Shown: in pieces, positions 39,811 through 49,023 of the stretch | How positions within the stretch are numbered: position 1 is the first letter of the stretch | How the letters are laid out: each line of letters begins with the position of its first letter | Origin: Promethearchaeota archaeon | Lineage (GTDB): Archaea; Asgardarchaeota; Lokiarchaeia; Sigyniarchaeales; SOKP01 | Direction: 5' to 3' | DNA length: 54,812 nt | NCBI GenBank assembly: GCA_048938445.1 | Contig: JBHLME010000011.1 | Location: 1 to 54,812 of the forward strand | Program-made: the position numbers and the translations under genes | The notes under the pieces: generated by a model | Told to the model about the DNA's origin: nothing | What the model saw: only the letters and a program-made list of their open reading frames with translations | Databases searched by the model: none

Positions 39811-40830
39811 ATGAAGAGTTTAGTATATAATTATCTTGTTGAAGTAAAGAAATACTTACCTTGGTGGGTTAAAAGTGATAAAAAAGAGCGTATCAAAATT
39901 TTAGAGCAACTTGAAACGCATATCTGGGAAAAAGCGGAAGATATATCAGAACTTGACGAACCTACTGAAGATTCTGTTCGATTAGCATTAGCTCATATGG
40001 GAAGCCCACGTAGTATAGCTCAGGAATATGAACAAGGAAAAACTCCGAAAGTCTTTATAAGCACGGAATTATGGTCAATATATAAGATAATAATATTGAT
40101 AGTTATTGCAAATATCATAATTTTTAATGTGTTATATGCCCTAAATTTAGTTTCTTCTTATATTAAAAATCCAGTGGTTCTCATACCTGATAAACCACTT
40201 ACATTGTTTGATGAAGAGAAGATAAGCTTGATTTTTTTAAGTATATTTAATAATGCTGGGCTTTTTGGTGCAATAGGAGTTGTTACAATAATATTTTTTT
40301 GGTTAAGTAAACGTGGTTATTATCCAGATAGAGTTAAGAGTTATAAAAAGAAACTTAAACGAGAAATATTACATGAAAAACTTTTAAAGAAAGGAATGCC
40401 GATTTCACCAGAAACAGGGGAGCCATTGAAGCCATTTGTTAATCGCGGTCAAAATATTTTTGGTGCTATTGTCTTCATTCTCTTGTGCTTTTTAATTTGG
40501 GTAAATATTATAAACTTTCGAGATTGGATTGTAATTGGTATCTTTGGTTTTTTGATGTGTTTGATTGCTTTAATCGGATTGATAATTGAAGCAATTTTAG
40601 GCAATAAACATGTGATAATTCATCAAAGAGTCTTATTAATTGAAGGGGTTCTTTACATGTTTAACGGAGTCTTCATCTTGGTTGGTATTTGGAGCAAGCC
40701 TGATTTGATGGTAAGCCCTATTTTCCGAATAGTATTGTTTTTTGTGTTATATCTCGCTTTTTATTTGTTTCTACCAATACTCTTTTTCTTTCGATGGAAA
40801 AAGTTAGAAAAATACAAAGTTAAAAATTAA
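39811..40830 (+). CDS. HAAS-type membrane protein (copy 3)
   Basis: YLVEVKKYLPWW, LETHIWEKA, HMGSP and GMPISPETGE. Confidence 0.78.
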   Translation: MKSLVYNYLVEVKKYLPWWVKSDKKERIKILEQLETHIWEKAEDISELDEPTEDSVRLALAHMGSPRSIAQEYEQGKTPKVFISTELWSIYKIIILIVIANIIIFNVLYALNLVSSYIKNPVVLIPDKPLTLFDEEKISLIFLSIFNNAGLFGAIGVVTIIFFWLSKRGYYPDRVKSYKKKLKREILHEKLLKKGMPISPETGEPLKPFVNRGQNIFGAIVFILLCFLIWVNIINFRDWIVIGIFGFLMCLIALIGLIIEAILGNKHVIIHQRVLLIEGVLYMFNGVFILVGIWSKPDLMVSPIFRIVLFFVLYLAFYLFLPILFFFRWKKLEKYKVKN

Positions 40831-40982
40831 ATAATTTTTTATTTCCTTTTTTAAACATTCATATATCCTATTTAAATATGAATTGAAAAATTTGTTAAAA
40901 AAATTTTTATATATTAAATTTATCTTCATTTAAAGGTATTTTTAGATAAAAGTAAGAAATATTTCCTTTATCGTGATAAATA

Positions 40983-41927
40983 ATGGATTGGAAGGAATTT
41001 ATGGTATTTGATCTTGGTGATGAGGGTGAAAAAACACAAGTTGATATCAATAAAACTCAATTAGGAGATTACTTAAATCCCGAAAAAGTATTTCTCGTCA
41101 TCAATCAAAATATAAATAGAATATATTTATGGAAAGGAGCGAGATCAACAGTTCGGAAACGATTTTTAGGTTCAAGGATTGCGACGGTTGTTCAGGGTGA
41201 TATTATGAAAGCAGGCCTTAAGAGATGCAAGGTGATGTCAGTTGACCAAGGGGAGGAACCTGATGAATTTCTAAATGTTTTTGGCCTTGAATCAATGGAA
41301 GTTAAAGAAGAGGATAAATTGGAGGACCAAAAATATATTCGTAACATTGAAAAGGAAGAAATGAGAATTGCAGAGATAAAAGAAACTAAATTGAAAAGAA
41401 CCGAAAGTACCAAATTAAATGAAATTAAGAAACTATTCAGTGCTGATGAGAAAATTCTATGGATAAAAAGCTCTACCTTAAAGTTAACGGATAATTGGTT
41501 AAAAGTAGTAGTAAAGGATAAAAGATATAGAGGAAGATTAAAAAAAACAAAAGAAGCCCAATCAATTGAAATCAAGGATCATGAAATTCGATATATGATC
41601 ACTAATAAAAGAATAATTTCCTATCATATTTTTAATTCTCTTTATGATTTTAATGATATTCCTAAATACGTTCTTGAACTAAATGGAGATATCGCGTTGC
41701 TTAATCTGAATGAATTGAGAGGATTTGAAATAGAGGAATCTAATGGTGAATATAATATTTGGTTTCACTCAAATCCAGAAAAAATAGGAAATAATATCTT
41801 TCTATTTGAGAATCTCTCATTTAATGAATATGAGAAGTTTATTGAGGTGAGTTCTGCGAATTTAAAGTTTAGGGCGGAGATTCCTGAGAAATTACAGAGA
41901 TTATCTTATGTGAAAATGAAAAAATAA
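40983..41927 (+). CDS. Gelsolin-like domain protein with C-terminal PH-like domain
   Basis: LNPEKVFLV...IYLWKG...VDQGEEPDEFL (gelsolin core); later DEKILW...YMITNKRII (bacterial-PH-like). Confidence 0.7.
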   Translation: MDWKEFMVFDLGDEGEKTQVDINKTQLGDYLNPEKVFLVINQNINRIYLWKGARSTVRKRFLGSRIATVVQGDIMKAGLKRCKVMSVDQGEEPDEFLNVFGLESMEVKEEDKLEDQKYIRNIEKEEMRIAEIKETKLKRTESTKLNEIKKLFSADEKILWIKSSTLKLTDNWLKVVVKDKRYRGRLKKTKEAQSIEIKDHEIRYMITNKRIISYHIFNSLYDFNDIPKYVLELNGDIALLNLNELRGFEIEESNGEYNIWFHSNPEKIGNNIFLFENLSFNEYEKFIEVSSANLKFRAEIPEKLQRLSYVKMKK

Positions 41928-42024
41928 TTATTATTTTGCCATTAACTTATTTTGATTCATTTTATTGTAGTTTATTAAGTTTAACTCATGATATTAATAA
42001 GATAAAAATTAAATAATAATATAC

Positions 42025-43452
42025 ATGTTAGGATCAACTAATCCGTTTCCAGATAAACTCAATAGAAGAAGATATGGAGAGCACTTGACTTCTACTGATA
42101 TGTTTCTAAAGTTTATTTTTCCTGAAATTCAAGAGAGATTAAAAAATCACATTTGGGTTGATCTTTATTCTGGTGAAGGAAACTTAGTTTTACCGATCTT
42201 AAATTTCATTCCAGAAATAGAAAGAGAAGCTTTTTTCGAAAAAAGAATATACTTGTTCGATGTTCAAGAAAAAATGGTCGAAAAATGTATTAATAACGCC
42301 ATTAAATATGGCATTTCTCAAGAAATAGCTCAAAAAAACATAAAAATCCGAGATAATTTGGATAAATTTCCAGATATTTTAAAAAACAGTTCAATCCCAA
42401 TTTTTCACATTACAAATCCACCATATTTATACTTAGGATATATACGGAAACATAAAGAAACGCAAAAATATCTAAAATATTTTGAAGGAAAGAATAAGGG
42501 TTATCAAGATTTATATCAAATAGCCATGATTAACGATTTGAGAAATAATATAGATGAAATGGTTTATATCATTCCATCAAATTTTTTATTTGGAGCATCA
42601 GTATCAAACAAGTTCCGAAAGGATTTTTTGCGATATTATAATATTGCCCAAATGTATATTTTTGAGACTAAAATGTTTGAATTTACTGGAACTAACACAT
42701 GTATTGGCTTTTTTAAAAGAAAAAAAAAACCTAATCACGAATCTATCCAATTTAGTGCAAAAAAATTTAAGAAACATAACCAAATTATTGAAAAGAAGTA
42801 TATCTTAAAATCAAAGTATAAATATCGGGCAGGGTCTGAATTTAATGAATTTTGTGAAGAATATAAAGCAAGAAAACCTTTAACCGTAAAATATTATTTA
42901 TTAAAAGAAGAGGTTAAAAAATATAGAGGAAAAAATGAAATTACAGTAATAGATGCTAATAAATATGAAAATAATAATTATAAACAAATGAAACTTCATG
43001 TTAACGATGATTTAAAGTATAAAATAGAATCTAATATTTTATTCGTGCAAACTGTTGATAAAGGTTCCTTAGATGGTAGAGTTGGCTTAAAAAAAATTAA
43101 AGATGAATTTAAGGTTAAAGGAATTTATGTCTCTTCAAATACCTATAGAACTCATCCCATTCAAATCTTCTTACAACCTATAATTTCTGAAGAAGATCAA
43201 ATTTTATTAATGAACTATTTCAATTTAATATTAGAATATTATAGAAAAGAATTAGACAGTGAATTTCTGACAACTTATAAGTATTCAGATGCAACATATA
43301 CTAGAAAATATTTAGGTTTAACTCAAGTAAGGATGTTAATTGAAACCTTTCCTATTAGAGAGCTTAATGATGAAAAGAAAGCAGAATTATTAGATTTAAT
43401 TAAAAAGAAAATTTTTTCAAAAATTCTAAGCTACCTAGAAAATTTTCTTTAA
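42025..43452 (+). CDS. N6-adenine-type DNA methyltransferase (orphan)
   Basis: GEHLT, DLYSGEGNL (motif I), TNPPY (motif IV), DLYQ and YIIPSNFL. Confidence 0.75.
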   Translation: MLGSTNPFPDKLNRRRYGEHLTSTDMFLKFIFPEIQERLKNHIWVDLYSGEGNLVLPILNFIPEIEREAFFEKRIYLFDVQEKMVEKCINNAIKYGISQEIAQKNIKIRDNLDKFPDILKNSSIPIFHITNPPYLYLGYIRKHKETQKYLKYFEGKNKGYQDLYQIAMINDLRNNIDEMVYIIPSNFLFGASVSNKFRKDFLRYYNIAQMYIFETKMFEFTGTNTCIGFFKRKKKPNHESIQFSAKKFKKHNQIIEKKYILKSKYKYRAGSEFNEFCEEYKARKPLTVKYYLLKEEVKKYRGKNEITVIDANKYENNNYKQMKLHVNDDLKYKIESNILFVQTVDKGSLDGRVGLKKIKDEFKVKGIYVSSNTYRTHPIQIFLQPIISEEDQILLMNYFNLILEYYRKELDSEFLTTYKYSDATYTRKYLGLTQVRMLIETFPIRELNDEKKAELLDLIKKKIFSKILSYLENFL

Positions 43453-43479
43453 ACCTAAACTTTTGAAATTGTTATCATA

Positions 43480-44352
43480 TCATATACTTGCGAAAACAAA
43501 CGCAACTAATCCAAGAAATGCCCCAATTTTTAGTAAAAGACTGATTCTTCCGAATTCTTCCTTTTTAAGATTACTTACTAAAGATAAGATTACTGCAATT
43601 ATTACCACACCTAATCCAAAACTCATAGTTATGATGAACAATAAAGGATTTCTTATGTTCGTGAACAATGGTAAAATGAAAAAAATTATTGCACAAATTT
43701 GACAAATTATCGAGGAGATGAGAGCTTTCTTCGTACCAATCGTAAGTGCCAAAGTTTTTACACCTTCTTCTTTATCTCCTTCGATATCTTCACATCCTTT
43801 AACGATCTCTCTAGCTAATAACAGGAAAAATGCTGTCAGAAAAAAGTAATATATGTATAATGGAACGATAAAACCATTCAAGGTTGCTCCATAAACTAAT
43901 CCAATTGAGAAGGATATACTAACGATTATATTCCCCGGAAAGCCGCTTTTTTTACCCCATTTTGCATAAATCCAACCAATAAAACCGAAAAATGCTGCGA
44001 TAAGGATATTTAAAGGAACGAGTAAGAAAATTAAACTGTTAATAACCGCGAGGATAACACCAATTGTGTAGGTAATAATAAATAGAATCTTAGCTTGTTG
44101 TAAGGAAATTCTTCCACTTGGAATAGGACGCCCTGGCCTGTTAATTTTATCAATATTAATGTCATATATATCATTAATTACCATTCCAGAACCAGCAATA
44201 AAAAAATAAGTTAAAATTCCTAAGATTAAATTACCAATTAACATGTATACTGGAATTCCAGTTTGGGTATTCAAAATCCCAATAATAACTGTGAGTGAGC
44301 CTACTATACAATTTATAGGGCGCATTATTTCAATAATATCTTTTAAATTCAA
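43480..44352 (-). CDS. Digeranylgeranylglyceryl phosphate (DGGGP) synthase, UbiA family
   Basis: MRPIN, NDIYDINIDKINRPGRPIPSG and REIVKGCEDIEGD...KTL. Confidence 0.9.
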   Translation of the reverse strand: MNLKDIIEIMRPINCIVGSLTVIIGILNTQTGIPVYMLIGNLILGILTYFFIAGSGMVINDIYDINIDKINRPGRPIPSGRISLQQAKILFIITYTIGVILAVINSLIFLLVPLNILIAAFFGFIGWIYAKWGKKSGFPGNIIVSISFSIGLVYGATLNGFIVPLYIYYFFLTAFFLLLAREIVKGCEDIEGDKEEGVKTLALTIGTKKALISSIICQICAIIFFILPLFTNIRNPLLFIITMSFGLGVVIIAVILSLVSNLKKEEFGRISLLLKIGAFLGLVAFVFASI

Positions 44353-44379
44353 GAGAAAAATACCTCTTTTAATTAAATT

Positions 44380-45201
44380 TCATTTCATTTCATAATTTTT
44401 AATCTTGGATTTACTAGTTTCCTTTATTACATCTATAATCTCCTTTAAAGCTGCACCTTTATCCCTCACTACCGTATTTTCAATGAAACTACCCATGACG
44501 ATTATATCTGCTCCAGCATTCACAAACTTCTTTGCATCTTCTTTTGTTTGAACACCTCCTCCAGCAATGAGAGGGACACTTAAAACTTTAGAACATAGTT
44601 TTATAATTTCTGGTGGGATACTATCTCCTCCGGATCCTGCTTCTAAATAGATTAATTTGAATCCAAACATTTCAGCTGCGAGAGCATAGGCTGCTGTAAG
44701 TTTTGGCTTTTTTCTAGGAAGAAGTCTCGCATTTCCAACCCAACCAGCCGTACCCCCGGGTTCTATAATTAAGTATGCCATTGAAATAGATTCTAATGAA
44801 GAAGTTTTAATTAGATAAGAAGCAAGTGCTTGTTCCCCGATTATAAAATAGGGATCTGAAGAATTTAATAATGACATGAATAAGATCGCATCAGCTTTCT
44901 GGGAAACATTAGTAATTGCTCCAGGAAAAATAATTATAGGGACCGTTTCTACTTCCTTTTTGATTAATTCAATTGTTTGATCCACAAAAGATTGTGAGAA
45001 AGCTGTACTTCCACCAACTAAAATTGCGTCGGTTCCTACATCTTCACAACACTTGGCCATTTTTGCGGCTTTCTCGGGGCTTTGTCGTATTGGATCGGGA
45101 TCTATTAAAGAAAAATGAAGCGTGCCTTCAAGATTAATTTTATCAATAATATATTTGTAGGTTTTATTTTTTTCAGTTTCTTTCATCAAAATATTAACCA
45201 T
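44380..45201 (-). CDS. Geranylgeranylglyceryl phosphate (GGGP) synthase
   Basis: LIDPD, VGGST, FPG, FMSLLNS, YLEAGSG and GGG. Confidence 0.92.
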   Translation of the reverse strand: MVNILMKETEKNKTYKYIIDKINLEGTLHFSLIDPDPIRQSPEKAAKMAKCCEDVGTDAILVGGSTAFSQSFVDQTIELIKKEVETVPIIIFPGAITNVSQKADAILFMSLLNSSDPYFIIGEQALASYLIKTSSLESISMAYLIIEPGGTAGWVGNARLLPRKKPKLTAAYALAAEMFGFKLIYLEAGSGGDSIPPEIIKLCSKVLSVPLIAGGGVQTKEDAKKFVNAGADIIVMGSFIENTVVRDKGAALKEIIDVIKETSKSKIKNYEMK

Positions 45202-46603
45202 TTATCACACTTTTTTCAATTTTTGGATTTTTTCTAGGTTGAATAACCATTTTATCTATTTTATCATATATTTGAATTGTTTTAAACCTCCAATCTTCAA
45301 ATTGATTAATATCATTTGGAAATTTCTTGTAATGACTTGAAATTTCATTCATCCTAATTCTTAAATAATTCAAATCTAATAATAATTTTGGATTAGATAT
45401 ACCACTTATAGCTTTTTTAACCATATCCATTATTGATAGATTTATTACTCCCGTTTCAGCAATTTTAAGTATCTCTTCGCTAGTTAATAAATCCTTACTA
45501 AGGCCGAAATTTAACTCTTCATTTGTAAGTACTTGAAGAACCATTCTTAATAAATCAAGAGCCGCGTATTCAGCTCCAAAGGTAGTCATTACTTTATAAT
45601 TAAAATTCCATAATTGATTAATAGACACATTTCCTGCCCCGATAGCATCTAATGCTGTAAGAGCAGCATGATATCCTGCACGCATTGAAGGATCGATTCC
45701 CCCACCATGAAGTGGATTAACGTGGCAAGCAGCGTCGCCAATTAAAATTAATCCATTATCAACGCATGACCATAAAGGCCTTCTTACAGGAACTACTCCT
45801 CCCCCAGAGGATTCGAGTTTAATTTTTTTAGAAGATATAAATTCTTGATATACATTCTGTTGATAATAATCTTTTACTTTTCCTTTATAATCCATGAACA
45901 CTCCTAAACCAATATTAACACTATATTCATTCTTGGGAAAATACCAAATGTATCCTCCAGGTGCTCTTTCTTGGTCTAAAATAATTGTAATGAATTCTGG
46001 ATCATTGACAATTTGATCCCTATTTGGGAAGCTAACAATTTCACGATAACATAAAATTGAATCAGATTTGGGAATATATTTCTCTACCATAGGACTTTGA
46101 ACTTGTTTGCGAAGTGGAGAATAAAAACCACTCGCGTCAATAACAATTTTTGCTTTAAGATCGAGTTTTTCGCCATTATTTATTTTAACTTTTAGGCCAC
46201 TTACAGTTCCCTTTTTATAAATTAAGTTTAAGGCCATAGTATTGTCTAAGAACCTTGTAACACCCGCATCAATACTTTCGTTCAATAATCTTTGTCCAAA
46301 TTCTAATCGATTTACAACATAACCCGCTTGCTTAGGATCAATCATATCTAAGCATTTTTGAAGATTAGGAGAGTATAATTTAGCTCCCTTGATTTGACAA
46401 GATAATTCTTCATCTTTAGGATGATTAATGTTTAAAAAATTAAAAATTTCAGTTCCTACCCCATCTCCGCAGATTTTATCTCCGATCTTGTCTTTTGTTT
46501 TTCTGTCAATCAAGCATACTTTTAAACCATTTTGAGCAGCAAACCTCGCTGCGATCGAACCGCCAGTTCCAGCGCCTACAACAATTACATCAAAAATTTC
46601 CAT
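45194..46603 (-). CDS. Geranylgeranyl reductase (DGGGPL reductase family)
   Basis: VVGAGTGG, KICGD, DASG, PGGYIWYFPK and GDAACHVNPLHGGGI. Confidence 0.88.
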   Translation of the reverse strand: MEIFDVIVVGAGTGGSIAARFAAQNGLKVCLIDRKTKDKIGDKICGDGVGTEIFNFLNINHPKDEELSCQIKGAKLYSPNLQKCLDMIDPKQAGYVVNRLEFGQRLLNESIDAGVTRFLDNTMALNLIYKKGTVSGLKVKINNGEKLDLKAKIVIDASGFYSPLRKQVQSPMVEKYIPKSDSILCYREIVSFPNRDQIVNDPEFITIILDQERAPGGYIWYFPKNEYSVNIGLGVFMDYKGKVKDYYQQNVYQEFISSKKIKLESSGGGVVPVRRPLWSCVDNGLILIGDAACHVNPLHGGGIDPSMRAGYHAALTALDAIGAGNVSINQLWNFNYKVMTTFGAEYAALDLLRMVLQVLTNEELNFGLSKDLLTSEEILKIAETGVINLSIMDMVKKAISGISNPKLLLDLNYLRIRMNEISSHYKKFPNDINQFEDWRFKTIQIYDKIDKMVIQPRKNPKIEKSVING

Positions 46604-46629
46604 TATTTCAACTTCTTAGATTTTGTTTT

Positions 46630-47439
46630 TTAAAATATAATAAAGTTAGTAAAAATAAAGAATATGATAGTTGTGATTATTGGGACAGTTAAATCATCCC
46701 AAGTGCTAGGGGATAGTATTTCGACAATAGTACCAATAGCAGCAATAATGATAGAATAAATAATTACAGCAGGTAGTGTAAGCGTGCTGGCTAAATATCC
46801 AAAGATAAACAGAGAGAAGAAAGCCAATAAAAATGCGCTAATAAAAAAAACTAAAGAACCTTCAAGACTTCTGACAGTTCCAGTCCATGATAAATTGATT
46901 TTTATCTTTCCATATTTCTTTCCAACCAAACTAGCTAAAGTATCACTAATAAACAGTATAAGTAAACCTGAAATTGCCACATACATCTGATTCTGCCATG
47001 GAATAATAGGTATAATAAATCCAATCAATTGAATGATAGCAAATATGCTCACTAAAAGAGTAATTGACACGGCGTAATGGAAGGGACCTTGTAAATAAGC
47101 ACGTTTAAGCTTTTCTTCAGCTTCTTCTCCAATTGCTTGATAAAAATCTTCTAATAATTTTACTTTTGAACCTTTCTCGCTTTTATATACAATAATCGTC
47201 ATAGAAAAAGCTATTAAAACAGCCCAAAATGTCCCTAAAGGTCTTGTAAAGAAAGGTACAAGTATTACGACTAATCCTGCTAATAAATGTACAGCTTTTC
47301 TTGCAGTAAAACTTGAGATCTTATCTTTCTTCTTTAAAGTTATAGGTATGATAATCGTCATAAAAATATATAAATAACATACCAAGAGAACAATCATGTC
47401 ATTTACTAGATTTTCACCAGTGTATATAGGTATCGCCAA
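46630..47439 (-). CDS. CTP-dependent polyprenol/phytol/dolichol kinase family membrane protein
   Basis: ARKAVH, GPFHY, SDTLASLVGKKYG, RSLEGS, E.LSP and WDDLTVP. Confidence 0.8.
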   Translation of the reverse strand: MAIPIYTGENLVNDMIVLLVCYLYIFMTIIIPITLKKKDKISSFTARKAVHLLAGLVVILVPFFTRPLGTFWAVLIAFSMTIIVYKSEKGSKVKLLEDFYQAIGEEAEEKLKRAYLQGPFHYAVSITLLVSIFAIIQLIGFIIPIIPWQNQMYVAISGLLILFISDTLASLVGKKYGKIKINLSWTGTVRSLEGSLVFFISAFLLAFFSLFIFGYLASTLTLPAVIIYSIIIAAIGTIVEILSPSTWDDLTVPIITTIIFFIFTNFIIF

Positions 47440-47652
47440 TATAATAACCTTTTATTTTTATAATCAAGTATTTGAAGAACTATTTAATGATTGGAACAAT
47501 ATTAAATAATCCACAAAATTAAATATAAATATTAAAAAGCATAATTATTTAAATCATTTTTTAAAATGAGATGTTCAATATTAATTAAATCCACTAAAAT
47601 AGATTCATTATATATTAAAAAGATATTATCTGATTATGTGCTTATTAATATT

Positions 47653-48945
47653 TCAAGAGTAATTTCGAAGATACTCACCAATTTTATAATCAGGTAAAAT
47701 CATACCAGCAACACCTTTTTCTTTCGCAAATTTAGGCATTCCATATAAAACACACGTTTCTTCGGATTCTGCGATGGTTTTTCCCCTATTATTCTTAATT
47801 GCGCCTAAACCTGCTACTCCATCTTTTCCCATACCTGTAAGCAATACTCCAACAACATTAGCACCATAAATTTTTGCCGCAGAAAAGAATAAAACATCTA
47901 CTGAGGGTATGCAATAATTTACGGGTTCACCCTTAAAGATTTTAATACTCGGATAGTCACTTCTTACTTGAATTTCCATGTGATATCCCCCTGGAGCAAT
48001 GTAAGCTATACCGGGTGAAATATATTCACCGTCTTGACCCATTTTTACTTTTATTTTACAGGCGGCATCTAATGACTTAACAAAGGATTCTAAAAAGAAT
48101 TCACTTAAATGTTGAACAATTAAAATAGGATATGAGATATTTTTTGGTATATCCTTTAATATGGTTCTAAGGGTTCTTGGACCACCTACACTTGCGCCGA
48201 TAACTATTACTGGAGATGTTATTTTTACTCCTTTAACAGGGATAATAGCGGGTATTTTAATAGGTTCTTTTGGAATTACTTTCTCTTGAGATGATTGAAT
48301 CAATTCTTCCTGAGGTTTTGGAGTAGGCTTTTCCTCAGTAATTTTTTTCTTTTTAATTTTAGTACCTAAGAGTTCTTTTTCTTTTGGTAAGTAATCTTCT
48401 TCCTTTATGGGCTTTAAGTCTCTCAAATATACTCCAAATTGAAATGTATCATCAACTAATTGTTGACGTAGTGTTTTTGATTTATTAATTCCATTTTTCT
48501 TTGAATATACTCTTTTGATTTGTGATTGAGATGCTAAAAACACTTTTGATCGTAATTCTTCACGGAATCTAGGCAAGTCTTTTGCCCCTATTCCTCCAGG
48601 TTTAATAATATAATCAAATGCACCCATTAATAACGCTTGAACAGAAGTATCCATATTCTGTGGATTAACAGCAGATAAAATTATAGTGGGAATAGGGTAA
48701 TCTTCCATAATGTGCTTAAATGCTTCTAAACCATCCATTTCCGGCATTAATAAATCCAAAATAAGAACATCTGGATGGTGTTTATTTACTTTTTCAATAG
48801 CTTCTCTTCCATTAATAGCCATATCAACGATTTCTATCGTTTTATCCTCAGTTAAAATGTTAGAAATCGATTTTCTTAGAAATGCCGAGTCATCTGCTAT
48901 CAAAACTTTAATCGATGCCAATCTGTATCCCTCATCTATTAACAA
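47653..48945 (-). CDS. cheB: CheB methylesterase/glutaminase with receiver domain and long linker
   Basis: IADDSAFLR, LDLLMPEMDG, GASVGGP, VQHL, PSVDVLF, LTGMGKDG and YGMP; the real start may be TTG at 48921. Confidence 0.88.
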   Translation of the reverse strand: MLIDEGYRLASIKVLIADDSAFLRKSISNILTEDKTIEIVDMAINGREAIEKVNKHHPDVLILDLLMPEMDGLEAFKHIMEDYPIPTIILSAVNPQNMDTSVQALLMGAFDYIIKPGGIGAKDLPRFREELRSKVFLASQSQIKRVYSKKNGINKSKTLRQQLVDDTFQFGVYLRDLKPIKEEDYLPKEKELLGTKIKKKKITEEKPTPKPQEELIQSSQEKVIPKEPIKIPAIIPVKGVKITSPVIVIGASVGGPRTLRTILKDIPKNISYPILIVQHLSEFFLESFVKSLDAACKIKVKMGQDGEYISPGIAYIAPGGYHMEIQVRSDYPSIKIFKGEPVNYCIPSVDVLFFSAAKIYGANVVGVLLTGMGKDGVAGLGAIKNNRGKTIAESEETCVLYGMPKFAKEKGVAGMILPDYKIGEYLRNYS

Positions 48946-49023
48946 AATAATAATAATAGAATACTAAAATAAATATTTTCAAATAGAAAATTTAAATTAT
49001 CAGAAGATATAAATAATTTAAAA

